Of a DNA stretch of 64,000 nt, positions 11,378 through 24,070 are shown one piece after another. Within the stretch, counting starts at the first letter, position 1, and every line of letters begins with the position of its first letter. Under the pieces are notes generated by a model. The model was not told where the DNA came from. It searched no databases and was given only the letters and a program-made list of their open reading frames with translations. Source of the DNA: Mustelus asterias (lineage: Eukaryota); NCBI RefSeq assembly GCF_964213995.1, contig NW_027590164.1:806001-870000 (forward strand), read 5' to 3'. The position numbers and the translations under genes are program-made.

Positions 11378-11680
11378 AAAGTTTATTTATTACTGTCACA
11401 AGTAGGCTGACATTAACACTGCAATGAAGTTACTGTGAAAATCCCTTAGTTGCCACACTCTGGCGTCTGATCGGATACACTGATTGAGAATTTAACATGG
11501 CTAATGCACCTAACCCGCACGTATTTTGGACTGTGGGAACAAACTGGAGCACCCGGAGGAAACCCACGCAGACACGGAGAGAACGTGCAGACTCCGCATC
11601 GTCACCCAAGCCAGGAATCGAACCCAGGTCCCTGGCACTGTGAGGTAGCAGTGCTAATCACTGTGGCACCGTGCCACGCT
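11378..11680 (-). mobile_element. V-SINE with alternative tail
   Basis: Reverse-complement relative of 10788-11058. Confidence 0.75.
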
Positions 11681-11945
11681 AACAAGTCTTGTCTGTTTTT
11701 TTCTATTCTGTTGTCCTCAGAAGGGAACATCTTATAATCCCCACAACATTTTTACCATTCTTAATGTTTATAATTCTGAAAGTTATAAACTTTTGTGTTC
11801 AAATTTACATTTCCAGCCTTTCTAACATCTGTATTAATGAATCATTTATTCTTTAATTGTCTCTCAATTCAGGCTGTCCATTTAACTAATCTCCTGCTTT
11901 ACAATTGTGGGAGCTTCAGTCCACAGGTAAGGTAGTCAAATGCAT

Positions 11946-13185
11946 TGTTAAAAGCAGGATGTTCTTTATATAAATAAATAACAACGTTTAAAAATCATTG
12001 GCAAACAAAAGGAAACAGGAGCATTGGAACCAGCCTGGACTTGCAGACTGAAAGCCCGCCCAAAGCCCGCACGTGCTCAGAAGGGAGAAAGGTTGAGAAG
12101 AACACTCTGTAACACTTCTCCTCCCCTTAAATTTCAATCCCCCATTAGGACAGAAACACAACAAAGTAATGTCTTTAACAATACGGAAGTCTGTCAGGAG
12201 CTTTGCGGTTTCATTGCGACCTGTACAATACCACTGGTAAATCTTGTAATGGTGTTTCTGGAATGGGAGGTGAAGAGGTAGTTTGAGAATCTGTAAATGA
12301 ACATTCCTCTTCCACTCCCACAGCAGAGTCAACTGGCAAAGCTGGAACCATTTCCTGGTGAACATCCACAGCAGCATGACCCTCTGCCATGTTCTCAGTA
12401 ATGGTTGCTGACTCTGAAACTGTGACTGACTCGGGGTCACACCGCAAGCGAATATGATCTTGGTGTCTGCGAACAACTCTTCCGTTTTACAGTCTCACCA
12501 CCCAAGATACTGGACCACTTTGGTTTAAAATTATTCCCGGTAACCACCTTTGGTTACTCCCAAAGTTTCTGATGTAAACCTGATCACCCGGTTTGAACTG
12601 CCTCTCTTTGGCGCGGTAGTCGTGTCCCTCCTTCTGCTTCTCTTGTCTCTTGCTCACTTTTGCTCTGAGATCTGGATGCAGCAGATCCAGATGAGACTTC
12701 AACCTTCTACCTAAAAATTCCGCAGGAGAGAGTCCGGTTGTGGATTGTGGTGTGATGTGAAACTGGAACAAAAATCTTGAGAGCTTGTTCTTAAAGTATC
12801 GCCTGCCATTCTCTTCAATCCCTCCTTCAGAGTTTGAACAGCTCTTTCTGTGAGACCATTTGTAGCCAGATGAAACAGTGCAGTACGCACATGGCGTAGA
12901 CCATTCCTTTACAGGAATTCCTGAAACACCTCACTTGTAAACAGAGTGTCGTTATCTGAAACAAGCCAATCTGGTAACCCAGGGCTTGTGAAAATTTGAC
13001 AGCGGTTCTCTATTGTCACAGGAGCTGGAATATTACTCATGATCTGTGCTTCCAACCATTTTGAATGCACATTTACAACGACCAAACACATGTGATTCAT
13101 GAAAGGCCCCCCAGAGGCCACATTTAGTCTGGACCACGGCCTATCAGGCCACTCCTAAGGATGAAGTGGTAATGTACCCAGTGTG
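11946..13185 (-). mobile_element. Ty3/Gypsy LTR retrotransposon 3' remnant (integrase, PPT, short 3' LTR)
   Basis: GPF..LVVV..HSKWLE...LVSDN..FTS..F (integrase core); TPQSTTGLSPAE...F.PGDQV (C-terminus); PPT TTAAGGGGAGGAGAAG (12130-12115) followed by TGTTACA; candidate LTR 12114-11946 ending AACA. Confidence 0.8.
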
Positions 13186-14774
13186 TTGTGCCTGATTCAA
13201 TCGACAAACAGTTTATTGAGTTACGCCAGCGGGGAGAAGCCACAGGGGTTGACCATGTGCAACTCCACCCAACAAAGAATATCATCAATTCTTATACAGT
13301 AACTCAGTGCATCAGAATGGCGATAGATTACATACATTATAGGTTCAATAAAATTAGTATCTGGGCATTATGGGGCTTTGTGATCATCTCATGGACAGGT
13401 GCCCCCATCATGATGCTTTCCAGACCCCCCTTGGGGGGGGGGGGGGGTCTTTCTTGGGCTTTCTTTGTACATAGACTCCCTTCGTTAGAAATGGGGTGGA
13501 TTAAAAGTTCTCAAATGGACGTCAGCACCCTTCCTTTGTTTTAATCTAATGACCACACGGTCTGGGAACATTTCTATTTAATATTCTCTCTTTTTAAACT
13601 CTTTTCTTCAGTCTCCAATTCCAGAATTTTCCTTTTCATTGTGTTACTTGCGTCAGGAATAAATCTTTGGACCTGACAGGAGGTTTACCCCAAGATCAAT
13701 CCAACACAGGATTGGTCAGAATCATTTCACATGTGTCAAATTTTAAATAACCATTACAAATTAAAACTATCATTCTCACATGGGTGAATTGTATCCGGAT
13801 TAAAATTCCCACATGTTTAGTAAAATATCCTGGAATCATGTCTCTGGCCAGTAAATATGGCTCCAGGTTCATAACTTCTGAACAAAAAAAGTTTTATTGA
13901 TCACACTTCCTTTTTTAAAAATCTGTTTGATTTAAATCACAGACAGAAAACCTCAAAGCTTGAAGCGTTCAACCCACAAATATCATCCATACACAAACAG
14001 AGAAACTTAGCATGTGCTTTACAACAACAATAACCAAAATTAATTACTTAAGCGTTCTTGTGATCCTGTTTTTAAACTTCCAAAAATGCCTTTAATTAAA
14101 GACTCAAGGTAAGGTTAATTCCCCAGAAAGATAAACCTTAACAAATGTAGCCCAAAACAATGATAAAACACATCTACAAACATCCACATAAAACAAACAA
14201 AACACACAGATTCTCACAGCTCGTAAATTTCAAACGATGAATCCTCAGCATTCTCTCTCGCAGCTATAGCTTCTTAAAGCGACAGAGCACTACAAGCTCA
14301 CAACTCCTTGATTAAAATAAGATCCAAGATCCTTCATTATAACTTCACCTTTTTTAAGCCAACCTACAAGGACTGATTTTAGAGGCAACATCTTGTCTTT
14401 GGTGATTTAAAATCCCAAACACGTTACACCCAAACACCGGCAAAATCTTTGTTCTTTATCTGGGGATAAAATTCTCAGTTATTCCAAATTCCTCCAGGCT
14501 ATGCTTAATATTTCCACATTTAACTTATTCCCAGAAATCCTCAATTATAAACTAAAATAGACGCGAGTTTCCAGGCAGTCACAGGAATATGGTCAAGATA
14601 GTCCAGTCCCACAATGCCTCACATTCAATCTGCAGTCCTTCAATTATAACAGAATATGTGGCTGTATGTAGCTGCCTTGGCCATGGTCAACCCAATCCCA
14701 AGGGTGCCTTCTTGAATTGTTGCAATGCCTAAGGTGTACGTACACCCACAGTGCTGTTAGGGAGGGACTTCCAG

Positions 14775-16305
14775 TTACTGAGAGAGACAAGAGATGAAAT
14801 TGCTGGGCCTCTAACAGAAATCTTAGTTTCTTCATTGGACACAGGTGAGGTCCCAGAGGATTGGAGAATAGCAAATGTGGTCCCGTTATTTAAGAAGGGT
14901 AGCAAGGATAACCTGGGTAATCATAGGCCAGTGAGCTTGACGTCCGTGGTAGGGAAATTGTTGGAGAAGATTCTTAGAGATAGGATCTGTACACATTTAG
15001 AACTGAATAATCTCATTAGCAATAGACAACATGGTTTTGTGCGAGGGAGGTCATGCCTCACAAATTTGGTTGAGTTTTTTGAGGAGGTGACAAAAATGAC
15101 TGACGAGGGAAGGGCCGTGGATGTCGTCTACGTGGATTTTAGTAAAGCATTTGACAAGGTCCCTCATGGCAGGCTGGTGCAAAAGGTTAAATCTCACGGA
15201 ATCAAAGGTGAACTAGCTACATGGGTACAGAACTGGCTTGGCCATAGAAGACAGAGGGTTGCAGTGAAGAGGTCTTTTTCTGATTGGAGGTCTGTGACTA
15301 GTGGTGTTCTGCAGGGCTCTGTACTGGGATCTCTGCTGTTTGTGATATATATAAATGATTTGGAAGAAGATGTAGCTGGTCTAATTAGTAAGTTTGCGGA
15401 CGACACAAAGATTGCTGGAGTTGCAGATAGTGATGAACATTGTCAGAGAATACAGCAGGATATAGATAGGCTGGAAAACTGGGCAGAGAAATGGCAGATG
15501 GAATTTAATCCAGATAAATGCGAAGTGATGCATTTTGGTAGATCTAATGCAGGGGGGAGCTATACAATAAATGGCAGAACCATCAGGAGTATCGACACAC
15601 AGAGGGATCTTGGTGTGCAATTCCACAGATCCTTAAAGGTGGCAGCACAGGTGGAAAAGTTGGTGAAGAACGCATATGGCATGCTTGCCTTTATTGGACG
15701 GGGCATGGAGTATCAAAGTTGGGATATGATGTTGCAGTTATATAGAACGTTGGTTAGGCCACATTTCGAATACTACATCCAGTTTTGGTCACCACACGAC
15801 CAGAAGGACGTGGAGGCTTTGGAGAGAGGGCAGGAAAGGTTTAGCAAGATGTTGCCTGGTATGGAGGGTATTAGCTATGAGGAGAGATTGAGTAAACTAG
15901 GGTTGTTCTCCCTGGAAAGACGGAGGTTGAGGGGTGACCTAATAGAAGTTTATAAAATTATGAAGGGCATAGATAGGGCGAACAGTTGGAAGCTATTTCC
16001 CAGGTCAGAAATGACAAACACAAGGGGTCACAAGTTCAAGGTAAGGGGGGCAAGGTTCAATACAGATATGCGGGGGGACGTATTTTACACAGAGGGTGGT
16101 GGGGGCCTGTAATGCACTACCAAGCAAGGTGGTTGAGGCAGACACGCTAGGACCATTTAAGACTTATCTGGATAGCCGCATGAACAGACTGGGAATAGAG
16201 GGATACAAACGGATGGTCTAGTTAGGAATACTTGATCGGTGCAGGCTTGGAGGGCCGAAGGGCCTGTTCCTGTGCTGTATTGTTCTTTGCTCTTTGTTCT
16301 TTTTT
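14775..16305 (+). mobile_element. 5'-truncated CR1 LINE, RT domain
   Basis: 453-aa ORF with PEDWRIANVVPLFKKG, DFSKAFDKV, QGSVLG, FADD; CR1 3' UTR. Confidence 0.97.
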
Positions 16306-16309
16306 TGTG

Positions 16310-16810
16310 TCTATTTTTCCCCACTATCTCTGCCGCTTCTCCCTTTATGCCCCTGCTGTCTCTGCCCCCTCTTTCTGTGTACTACTATCTTTCTACCCCC
16401 TCTCTCTCTCTGCCCCTCTCACTCTACCCCAATCTCTATCTTTCCCACTCACTCTGCTCCATGATGTCTCTGTCCCACGCTGTCACTGCCCCACCTTCTC
16501 TCTGTACCTCTCTCACTGCCCCACGCTGTCAGTGCACCTCTCTCTCTTCCCACTCTCCCTCTGCCCCCTCTCTTTCTCCCTCTCCTCATTCCCAGCGCCC
16601 TCTTTCTCTCACTGCACCTTCTCTCTATCTGCCTCCTTCTCTGCCCCCTTTCTCTCTCTCTGCAACCCTCCCTGCCCTCCCTTCCCCCTCTCTCGCACTG
16701 CCCCTCTCGCTCCACCTCACTCTCCCCTTCTTTCTCTCTCTCTAGGTGTCTGATCCTATTGCTTTATTTCTATGCTCGATATCTCTCCCTCCCTCCCTCT
16801 CTCTCGCTGA
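16310..16810. repeat. CT-rich low-complexity polypyrimidine tract
   Basis: Composition. Confidence 0.9.
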
Positions 16811-16999
16811 GACTGATTCTGGAGCCGCATGACCCTCTTGTCCCCCTTCAAGCTGCATTCCCATTTTGACTCCAAATTGACAATGCAACACTTAACTCTG
16901 AACCCCAGATGTTTATGGAGGTGCCCTCTGTGACCTCACTTCCCTTCAGTTACCTCGTGCCCTCTACGTGACCTCACTTGTTCAGGCCACCCCCACCGC

Positions 17000-17070
17000 T
17001 GCACTGTGGGAATTGTAGAACCACTTTCCAAGATGGTGGTGTTTGGATGATTGCTGTCCAATCAGAATGA
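17000..17070. promoter_or_regulatory. ZNF143(SBS)-like + YY1-like + CCAAT motif cluster
   Basis: GCACTGTGGGAATTGTAG (reverse CTACAATTCCCACAGTGC), CAAGATGG, CCAATCAG within 70 bp. Confidence 0.45.
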
Positions 17071-17169
17071 AGCAGCGGGATAATGGGCAGCTGGAAGGGT
17101 GAACCGGAGAGGTGATATATCATTGTCATTGTTTGCTGTCAAGTCAGAACAAGGTAGATGGATATTGGA

Positions 17170-18445
17170 CAGTTGACCTAGCCAATGCAAGGGTCCAATT
17201 AATGTAGTTTATATGGATTTTAGCAAAGCCTTTGACAAGGACCCACATGGGGGAAATGATTGACAAGTTTAAAGGCCATGGAATTCAGGGAAACTTTGCA
17301 ATGCAGATCCAAAACTGGCTTCGTAATCGTAGTAAGAAGTTTAACAACACCAGGTTAAAGTCCAACAGGTTTATTTGGTAGCAAAAGCCACACAAGCTTT
17401 CGGAGCTCTAATCGTAAATCGTAAACAAAGTATCATCAAAGAAGGCTGCTTGAGTGGCTGGAAGCTGGTGTCCAGTGGCGTGCCACAAAGATCAGTGCAG
17501 GGACACATATTGTTTGTTATCTACACAAATGATAAGATGATAATGTAGAGGAATGATAAGCAAGGTTGGTGGGGTGGTTAAGAGTAAAGAAAAAGGCTGT
17601 AGTTGTCAGGAAGATATAGATGGGTTGGTCAGATGGCAGAGCAGTGGCAGATGGTATTTAATCCTGATAAGTGCGAGCTGATGCACTTTGGGAGAAGTAA
17701 CAAGACAAGGGAGTATTTAATGAATGGCAGGACATGAGGAGGCTCAGAGGAATAGAGGGTTCTTGGGGTAATTATTCATAGATCCGTCAAGGCCGCAGAG
17801 CAGTTGAATATGATATTTAGGAACACATACAGACACTTGCTTTTAACAGTTTTGGCAGAGAGTAGAGGAGCAAGGATAATGTTGGAGCTGTACAGAACAC
17901 TGGTTAGGCCGCGGCAGGGATATTGCGTACAGTTCTGGTCATCTCACAATCGGAAGGATGTGATTCCACTGGTACAGAGGATATCCACCACACTTTTGCA
18001 TAGAATGGAGCATTTGAGCAATAAAGGGAGACTGGATAGGCTTGGATTGTTATTTTGTTCTAGAACAGAGGTGGCCGAGGAGACATGATTGAGGTAAATA
18101 AGATTATGAGAGGTATGGACATGCTGAATGGGAAGCAGCTATTCCCCTTGGTTGTGGATGAATCACAAGGGGCGTAGTTTTTCGGCAAGGAGCAGGGGAT
18201 TCAGAGGGGATTTGAAAAAAAAATACTCAGTGGATGGTGAGAATCTGGAATGCACTGCCTGTGAATGTAATGGAGGCAGGAAATCTTACAACCTTTAAAA
18301 AGTATTTGGATGAGAACATGAAACATCATAACAGTCAAGGATATGGGACAAGTGCTAGAGCATGTAAGTGATGCGACTTGAGTGGTAGTTATTGTGGGTG
18401 CAGACTTGATGGACCGATTCTGCTGTACAACTGTATGAATCTATG
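17170..18445 (+). mobile_element. Old, decayed CR1 LINE 3' portion
   Basis: Degenerate DFSKAFDK, LELYRTLVRP..YCVQFWS, CR1 tail. Confidence 0.85.
17332..17408 (-). mobile_element. Tiny Penelope-like terminal fragment inserted in CR1
   Basis: Matches 22207-22282; TAATCGTA on both sides. Confidence 0.75.
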
Positions 18446-18537
18446 GAGATCCTGTCCTGTCTGTACCCTCCCCGTTCAGGAAATGTAAATGAAAATGAAA
18501 AAAAAATCTGGAAACTCTCAATGGTTCAGTTCTTCCC

Positions 18538-19424
18538 TTAATGACATTGAGTAAAGGGATATTTCATCACATTCTTCAACTGCTCCCTGAACTTAGTCTG
18601 GGCGACTGCATAAATAAAGGTATTTGTGCAGCAACTCAGGAGCTGCAGCATGAAGCCCAAGTCCCCAACAAAAAACGCACGGTATGGAGATGGATACCCC
18701 AACCAGAACATCTGGAAAGATAAAGTATCAATCATTAACGTTGACCATAACAGGATGAAACTGGCTGAAATAACAAACAGTAAAATGATGGACTTCCTTC
18801 GACTTTCTATTTCTGGATCTCTGAGACTCTCCCCATTGCAGTGAGCCCGGAGTCTCCTGCGGGCTCTGCTCATCACTAAAATGTGTCTGACGGTGAGAAC
18901 ATTGAGCAGCAGAATCAGAACAAATGGGATACATGGGGTTAGAATGTAATGGAGGAACACAATTGCTCCCCAAACTGGAGAAAACAGGACATCAAATGAG
19001 TAATTACAAAACCAAGGGTCGTTCATTAATACATACTGACGTGTTACCATAAAATACCAGAAAATATTCTTTAAGCAGCTCAGCGCAGTCACTGTTCCCA
19101 AGGCCACAGATGCCGTTTTCTCGCTGCAATATTTATTTTTCAGCTTCTGGCAACAAATGGCCACAAATCGATCAAAGGTGAAAGTGATGGTGAACCAGAC
19201 AGAACAGTCAGTGGCTGCATAAAGCAGGACGGCGTGGATATTACACACGGGGATGAATTTCAGGAAATGAAACTGTTCATCAAAAACAATCGGAATGTGT
19301 CTCAATATCAGGTCGAGGATAATAACCAGTAGATCCGCCAATGACATGGCCACCAGGTAATGAGTGATACATCTGGAGAGACCACAGTTTTTGCAGATGA
19401 GGATCACAATGGTGACTAAGTTCA
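18538..19424 (-). CDS. GPR139-like class A GPCR, exon 2
   Basis: NLVTIVIL, YLVAMSLADLL, FTFDRFVAIC, N-T-F-I-Y in TM7; acceptor TTACAG|TG completes the phase-1 codon from exon 1 (G|TG = Val). Confidence 0.92.
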
Positions 19425-22264
19425 CTGTAAGGAAGGGAAATAAACAATGAGATCATACATCATGCTGCTGGCAAAATTACCAGTTTGATTGAGGGGTTAT
19501 TGAGATGTGCTTCTGCATGCTGTAATGTATTAATGTAATCAGACCTGATAGAACAAATGGGCACGTCTGTGACACAATGGAAGGAATCTTAGATGAAATA
19601 AAATCAGGGTGCATGGGAAAATGGTGAGGCAGGAATGACACAGGGAGCCAGAGGTGATGGAGAGAGTCTCGAGTGATAAGGGATCCTGGGGTTCGTGGTG
19701 GGATGCAGGATGGTGCAGAACTCAGGAGTGATGGGTGTTGGGGTGATTGGGAGGACCCACGGGTGATGGGCCTGTTAGGGACAGAGGAGCGATGTTGACA
19801 ATTTATGTGTTTTCCAAATGATTTGAAACGATTTTTAAATGATTTTGATTTGGACGTGAAAGAGCCTCCAGCATGGTATCTTGTCTCCCTGGTGCCAGGG
19901 TCCCGGCTGTCTCTGAACGGGTAGAAAGTATTCTGAAGGGAGAGGGTGAACAGCCAGTGGTTGTGGTACACATTCGTACTGACGATATAGGTAGGAAGAG
20001 TGATGAGGTCCTGCAGCAGCAGTGTAGGGAGTTTAGTCGAAAGTTAAAAAGCAGCACCTCTCGGGTTGTAATCTCAGGATGACTCCTATGCCACGTGCCA
20101 GTGAGGCTAGAAATAGGAAGATAGTACAGCTCAACACATGGCTGAACAGCTGGTGTAGGAGGTAGGGTTTCAGATATCTGGACCATTGGGATCGCTTCTG
20201 GGGCAGGTGGGACCTCTACAAGAAGGATGGGGTGCATCTAAACTGGAAGGGTATAAATATTATGGCCGAGAGGTTTGCTCATGTCACTAATTTGGCAGGG
20301 GAGTGGGAACCAAAGCAAAGGTGAATTAACTGAAGGGGAACCAGAGAGTAGGGCCACTAAGACTCAGAGAAAGGGCTGTCAGGGTGTGGTTGCTCATGAA
20401 AGACGTGACTGAAATGCATTTGTTTCAATGCAAGAAGTGTAACAGTTAAAGCAAATGAACTTAGGGCTTGGATTAGTACTTGGAACTATGATGTTGTTGC
20501 TGTTACAGAGACTTGTTTAAGGGAAGGACAGGATTGGCAGCTTAACGTTGAGCAGATAGATGTATCAGGCTGGTTCGAGGGAGACATCAAAGGGATGGAG
20601 CAGTTAGGGATTAAGGAGAAACTCACAGCTGTATGGCGGGAGGACAGCCCGGAGGCCCATACAGCGAGGCAATATGGGTAGAGCTCAGGAATAGGAAGGG
20701 TGTAGTCACAATGTTGGGGTTTACAATAGGGCGCCCAACAGCCAGTGGGAGATAGAAGAACAAATATGTAGGCAGAATTTTGCAAGGTGTCAAAGTAACA
20801 CGGTTGTTGTGGTGGGAGGTTTTAACACACCCCATATTGACTGGGACTCACTTAGTGCTAAGGGCGTGGATGGGGCAAGGTTTGTAAGCAGCATCCAGGA
20901 GGGCTTCTTGAAACAGTATGTAGAGAGTCCAACTAGGGAAGGGGCCGTACTGGACCTTGTATTGGGGAATGAGCCCGGCCAGCTAGTCGACGTTTTAGTG
21001 GGGCAACAGTTCTGGAACAGTGACCACAATTCAGTAAGATTTAAGGTACTGATGGATAAAGATAAGTGTAGTCCTCAAGTGAAGGTGCTAAATTGGGGGA
21101 AGGCTAATTACAACAATATTAGGCAGGAACTGAAGAATGTAGATTGGGGGCAGATATTTGAGGGCAAATCAACTCTTGGCATGTGGGAGGCTTTCAAATG
21201 TAAGTTGATAGGGATTCAGGACTGGCACATTGCTGTAAGGATGAACGATAAGAATGGTAAGTTTTGGCAAATTTGGACAACGAGAGATATTGTGAGCCCA
21301 GCCCACGAGAAAAAGCAAGCATTTGTCGAGGCTAGGAAGACACAAAGCAAGTGTGAATACAAGGAAAGTGGAACGAAACGTAAGCAAGGAGTAAGGGTTA
21401 AAAGGGAAAATCATTGGCCAGCAGGATTAAGGAAAATCCCAAGGCTTTTTATACATATATAAAGAGCAAGAGGGTAGCAATGGAAAGGGTTGGCCCACTC
21501 AAGGACAGGGGAGGGCATCTGTGCGTGGAGCCAGAGGAAATGGGCGAGGTATTAAATGAGTACTCTGCATCAGCATTCACCAAAGAGAAGGACTTGGTGG
21601 ATGATGAGTCTGGGAAAGGGTGTGCAGATAGTTTGAATAATTTTGAGATTAAAAAGGAGAAAGTATTGGGGTTCTTGGGAAATACTAAGGTAGGCAAGAC
21701 CCCAGGGCCTAATGAGATTTATCCCTGAATATTGAGAAAGTCAAAGGAGAAAATTGCTGGGGCCTTGAAAGAAATCTTTGTATCCTCACTGGCTACCGAA
21801 GAGGTCCCAGACGATTGGAGAATAGCCAATGTTGTTCCTTTGTTTGAGAAGGGTATCAAGAGTATTCCAGGTAATTACAGGCCTGTGAGCCTTACGTCAG
21901 TGATCGGGAAATTATTGGAGAGGATTCTTCGAGACAGGATTTACTCCCACATGGAAATAAGTGGACGTATTAGCGAGAGACAACATAGTTTTGTGATGGG
22001 GCTGTCGTGTCTCATTAACTTCATCGAGTTTTTCGAGGAAGTGACGAAGATGATTGATGAGGGTAGGGCAGTGGATGTTGTGTACATGGACTTCAGTAAG
22101 GCCTTTGACAAAGTACCTCATGCCAGACTTGTGCAGAAGGTGACGTCGCATGGGATCAGATGTGACCTGGCCAGGTGGATGCAGAACTGGCTCGTTCATA
22201 GAATACAGTAAGACGTCTCACAACACCAGGTTAAAGTCCAACAGGTTTATTTGGTGGCAAAAGC

Positions 22265-22303
22265 CACTAGCTTTCGGAGCGCTCGCTGCTCTTTCGTCAG
22301 GTG
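22265..22303 (-). ncRNA. Minimal hammerhead ribozyme motif (variant) in the Penelope repeat
   Basis: Minus strand CAC-CTGACGA-AAGAGC-AGCGAGC-GCTCC-GAAAGCTA-GTG; one stem II mismatch. Confidence 0.65.
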
Positions 22304-24031
22304 AGTGGGAGATGTGTTCACAAACAGGGCATATAAAGATACAAACTCAATTTACAAAATAATGGTTGGAATGTGAGTCTTTACATGTAGTCAAGTCTCA
22401 AAGGTGCTGACAATGTGGATGGAGAGAGCGTTAAGCACAGGTTAAAGAGATGTGTATGTCTCCAGACAGGACAGTTAGTGAGATTTTGCAAGCCCAGGCA
22501 AGTCGTGGGGGTTACAGATAGTGTGACATGAACCCAAGATCCCGGTTGAGGCCATCCTCATGTGTGCGGAACTTGGCTATCAGTCTCTGCTCAGCGACTC
22601 TACATTGTCGTGTGTCATTAAGGCCACCTTGGAGAATGCTTACCCGAAGATCAGAGGCCGAATGCCCGTGACCGCTGAAGTGTTCCCCAACAGGAAGAGA
22701 ACAGTCTTGCCCCTGGTGATTGTCGAGCGGTGTTCTTTCGTCTGTTGTCGCAGCATCTGCATGGTTTCTCCAATGTACCATGCCTCAGGACATCCTTTCC
22801 TGCAGCGTATCACGTCGACAACGTTGGCCGAGTTGCAAGAGTATGTACCGTGTACCTGGTGGATGGTGTTCTCATGTGAGATGATGGCATCCATGTCGAT
22901 GATCCGGCACGTCTTGCAGAGGTTGCTGTGATCGGGTTCTGTGGTGTCGTGGTCACTGTTCTCCTGAAGGCTGGGTAGTTTGCTGCAGACAAAAGATCTG
23001 TTTGAGGTTGTGTGGCTGTTTGAAGGCAAGAAGTGGGGGTGTGGGATAGCCTTGGCGAGATGTTCATCTTCATCAATGATGTGTTGAAGGCTCTGCAGAA
23101 GATGTCGTAGCTTCTCCGCTCTGGGGAAGTACTGGATGATGGAGGATACTCTGTCCACCGTGTCCCGTGTTTGTCTTCTGAGGAGTCGGTGCGGTTTTTC
23201 GCTGTGGCGTGTCGGACCTGTCGGTTGATGAGGTGAGCGCCATATCCTTTTCTTAAGAGGGCATCTTTCAGCCTCTGGAGGTGTCTTGCGATCCTCCTCA
23301 TCAGAGCAGATTCTGTGTATACGGAGCGCTTGCCCATAGGGGATGACTTCTTTAACGTGTTTAGGGTGGAAGCTGGAGAAGTGGAGCATCGTGAGGTTAT
23401 CCGTGGGCTTGCAGTGTCATCATATAGTGGTTTCAATGATTGTTCACCATGAGTCCAAAGGAAGAAAATGTCATCGATGTATCGAGTGTATAGCGTTGGT
23501 TGCCCCCACGATGATGGCATCACTGATACGCTGCAGGAAAGGATGTTCCGAGGCATGGTACATTGGGGAGACCATACAGACGCTCCGACAATGGATGAAT
23601 GAACACCGCTCGACAATCACCAGGCAAGAGTGTTCTCTTCCTGTTGGGGAACACTTCAGCGGTCACGGGCACTCGGCCTCTGATCTTCGGGTAAGCGTTC
23701 TCCAAGGCGGCCTTCACGACACACGACAACGCAGAGTCGCTGAGCAGAAACTGATAGCCAAGTTCCGCACACATGACGACGGCCTCAACCGGGATCGTGG
23801 GTTCATGTCACACTATCTGTAACCCCCACGACTTGCCTGGGCTTGCAAAATCTCACTAACTGTCCTGTCAGGACACAATGCACAAATCTTTAACGTGTGC
23901 TTAATGCTCTCTCCACTCACATTGTCTGAACCTTTGAGACTTGATGAGCTGTAAAGACTCGCATTCCAACCATTATTTTGTAAATTGAGTTGGTGTCTTT
24001 ATATGCCCCGTTTGTGAACAGAATTCCCACT

Positions 24032-24070
24032 CACCTGATGAAGGAGCAGCGAGCGCTCCGAAAGCTAGTG
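24032..24070 (+). ncRNA. Minimal type I hammerhead ribozyme motif in the Penelope repeat
   Basis: CAC-CTGATGA-A-GGAGC-AGCGAGC-GCTCC-GAAAGCTA-GTG: catalytic core, 5-bp stem II, palindromic AGCT stem III, CAC/GTG stem I. Confidence 0.8.

Noticed and set aside
10471-11903. Possible LTR with TGTAA...TTACA ends
   Set aside because: No matching TSD (CATA vs ATTG) and no second copy to confirm
13190-14640. Possible retroviral LTR/leader sequence
   Set aside because: No recognisable protein motif, PBS or repeat partner; cannot be supported without a library search
16232-16753. Ser/Leu/Pro-rich ORFs
   Set aside because: CT low-complexity tract
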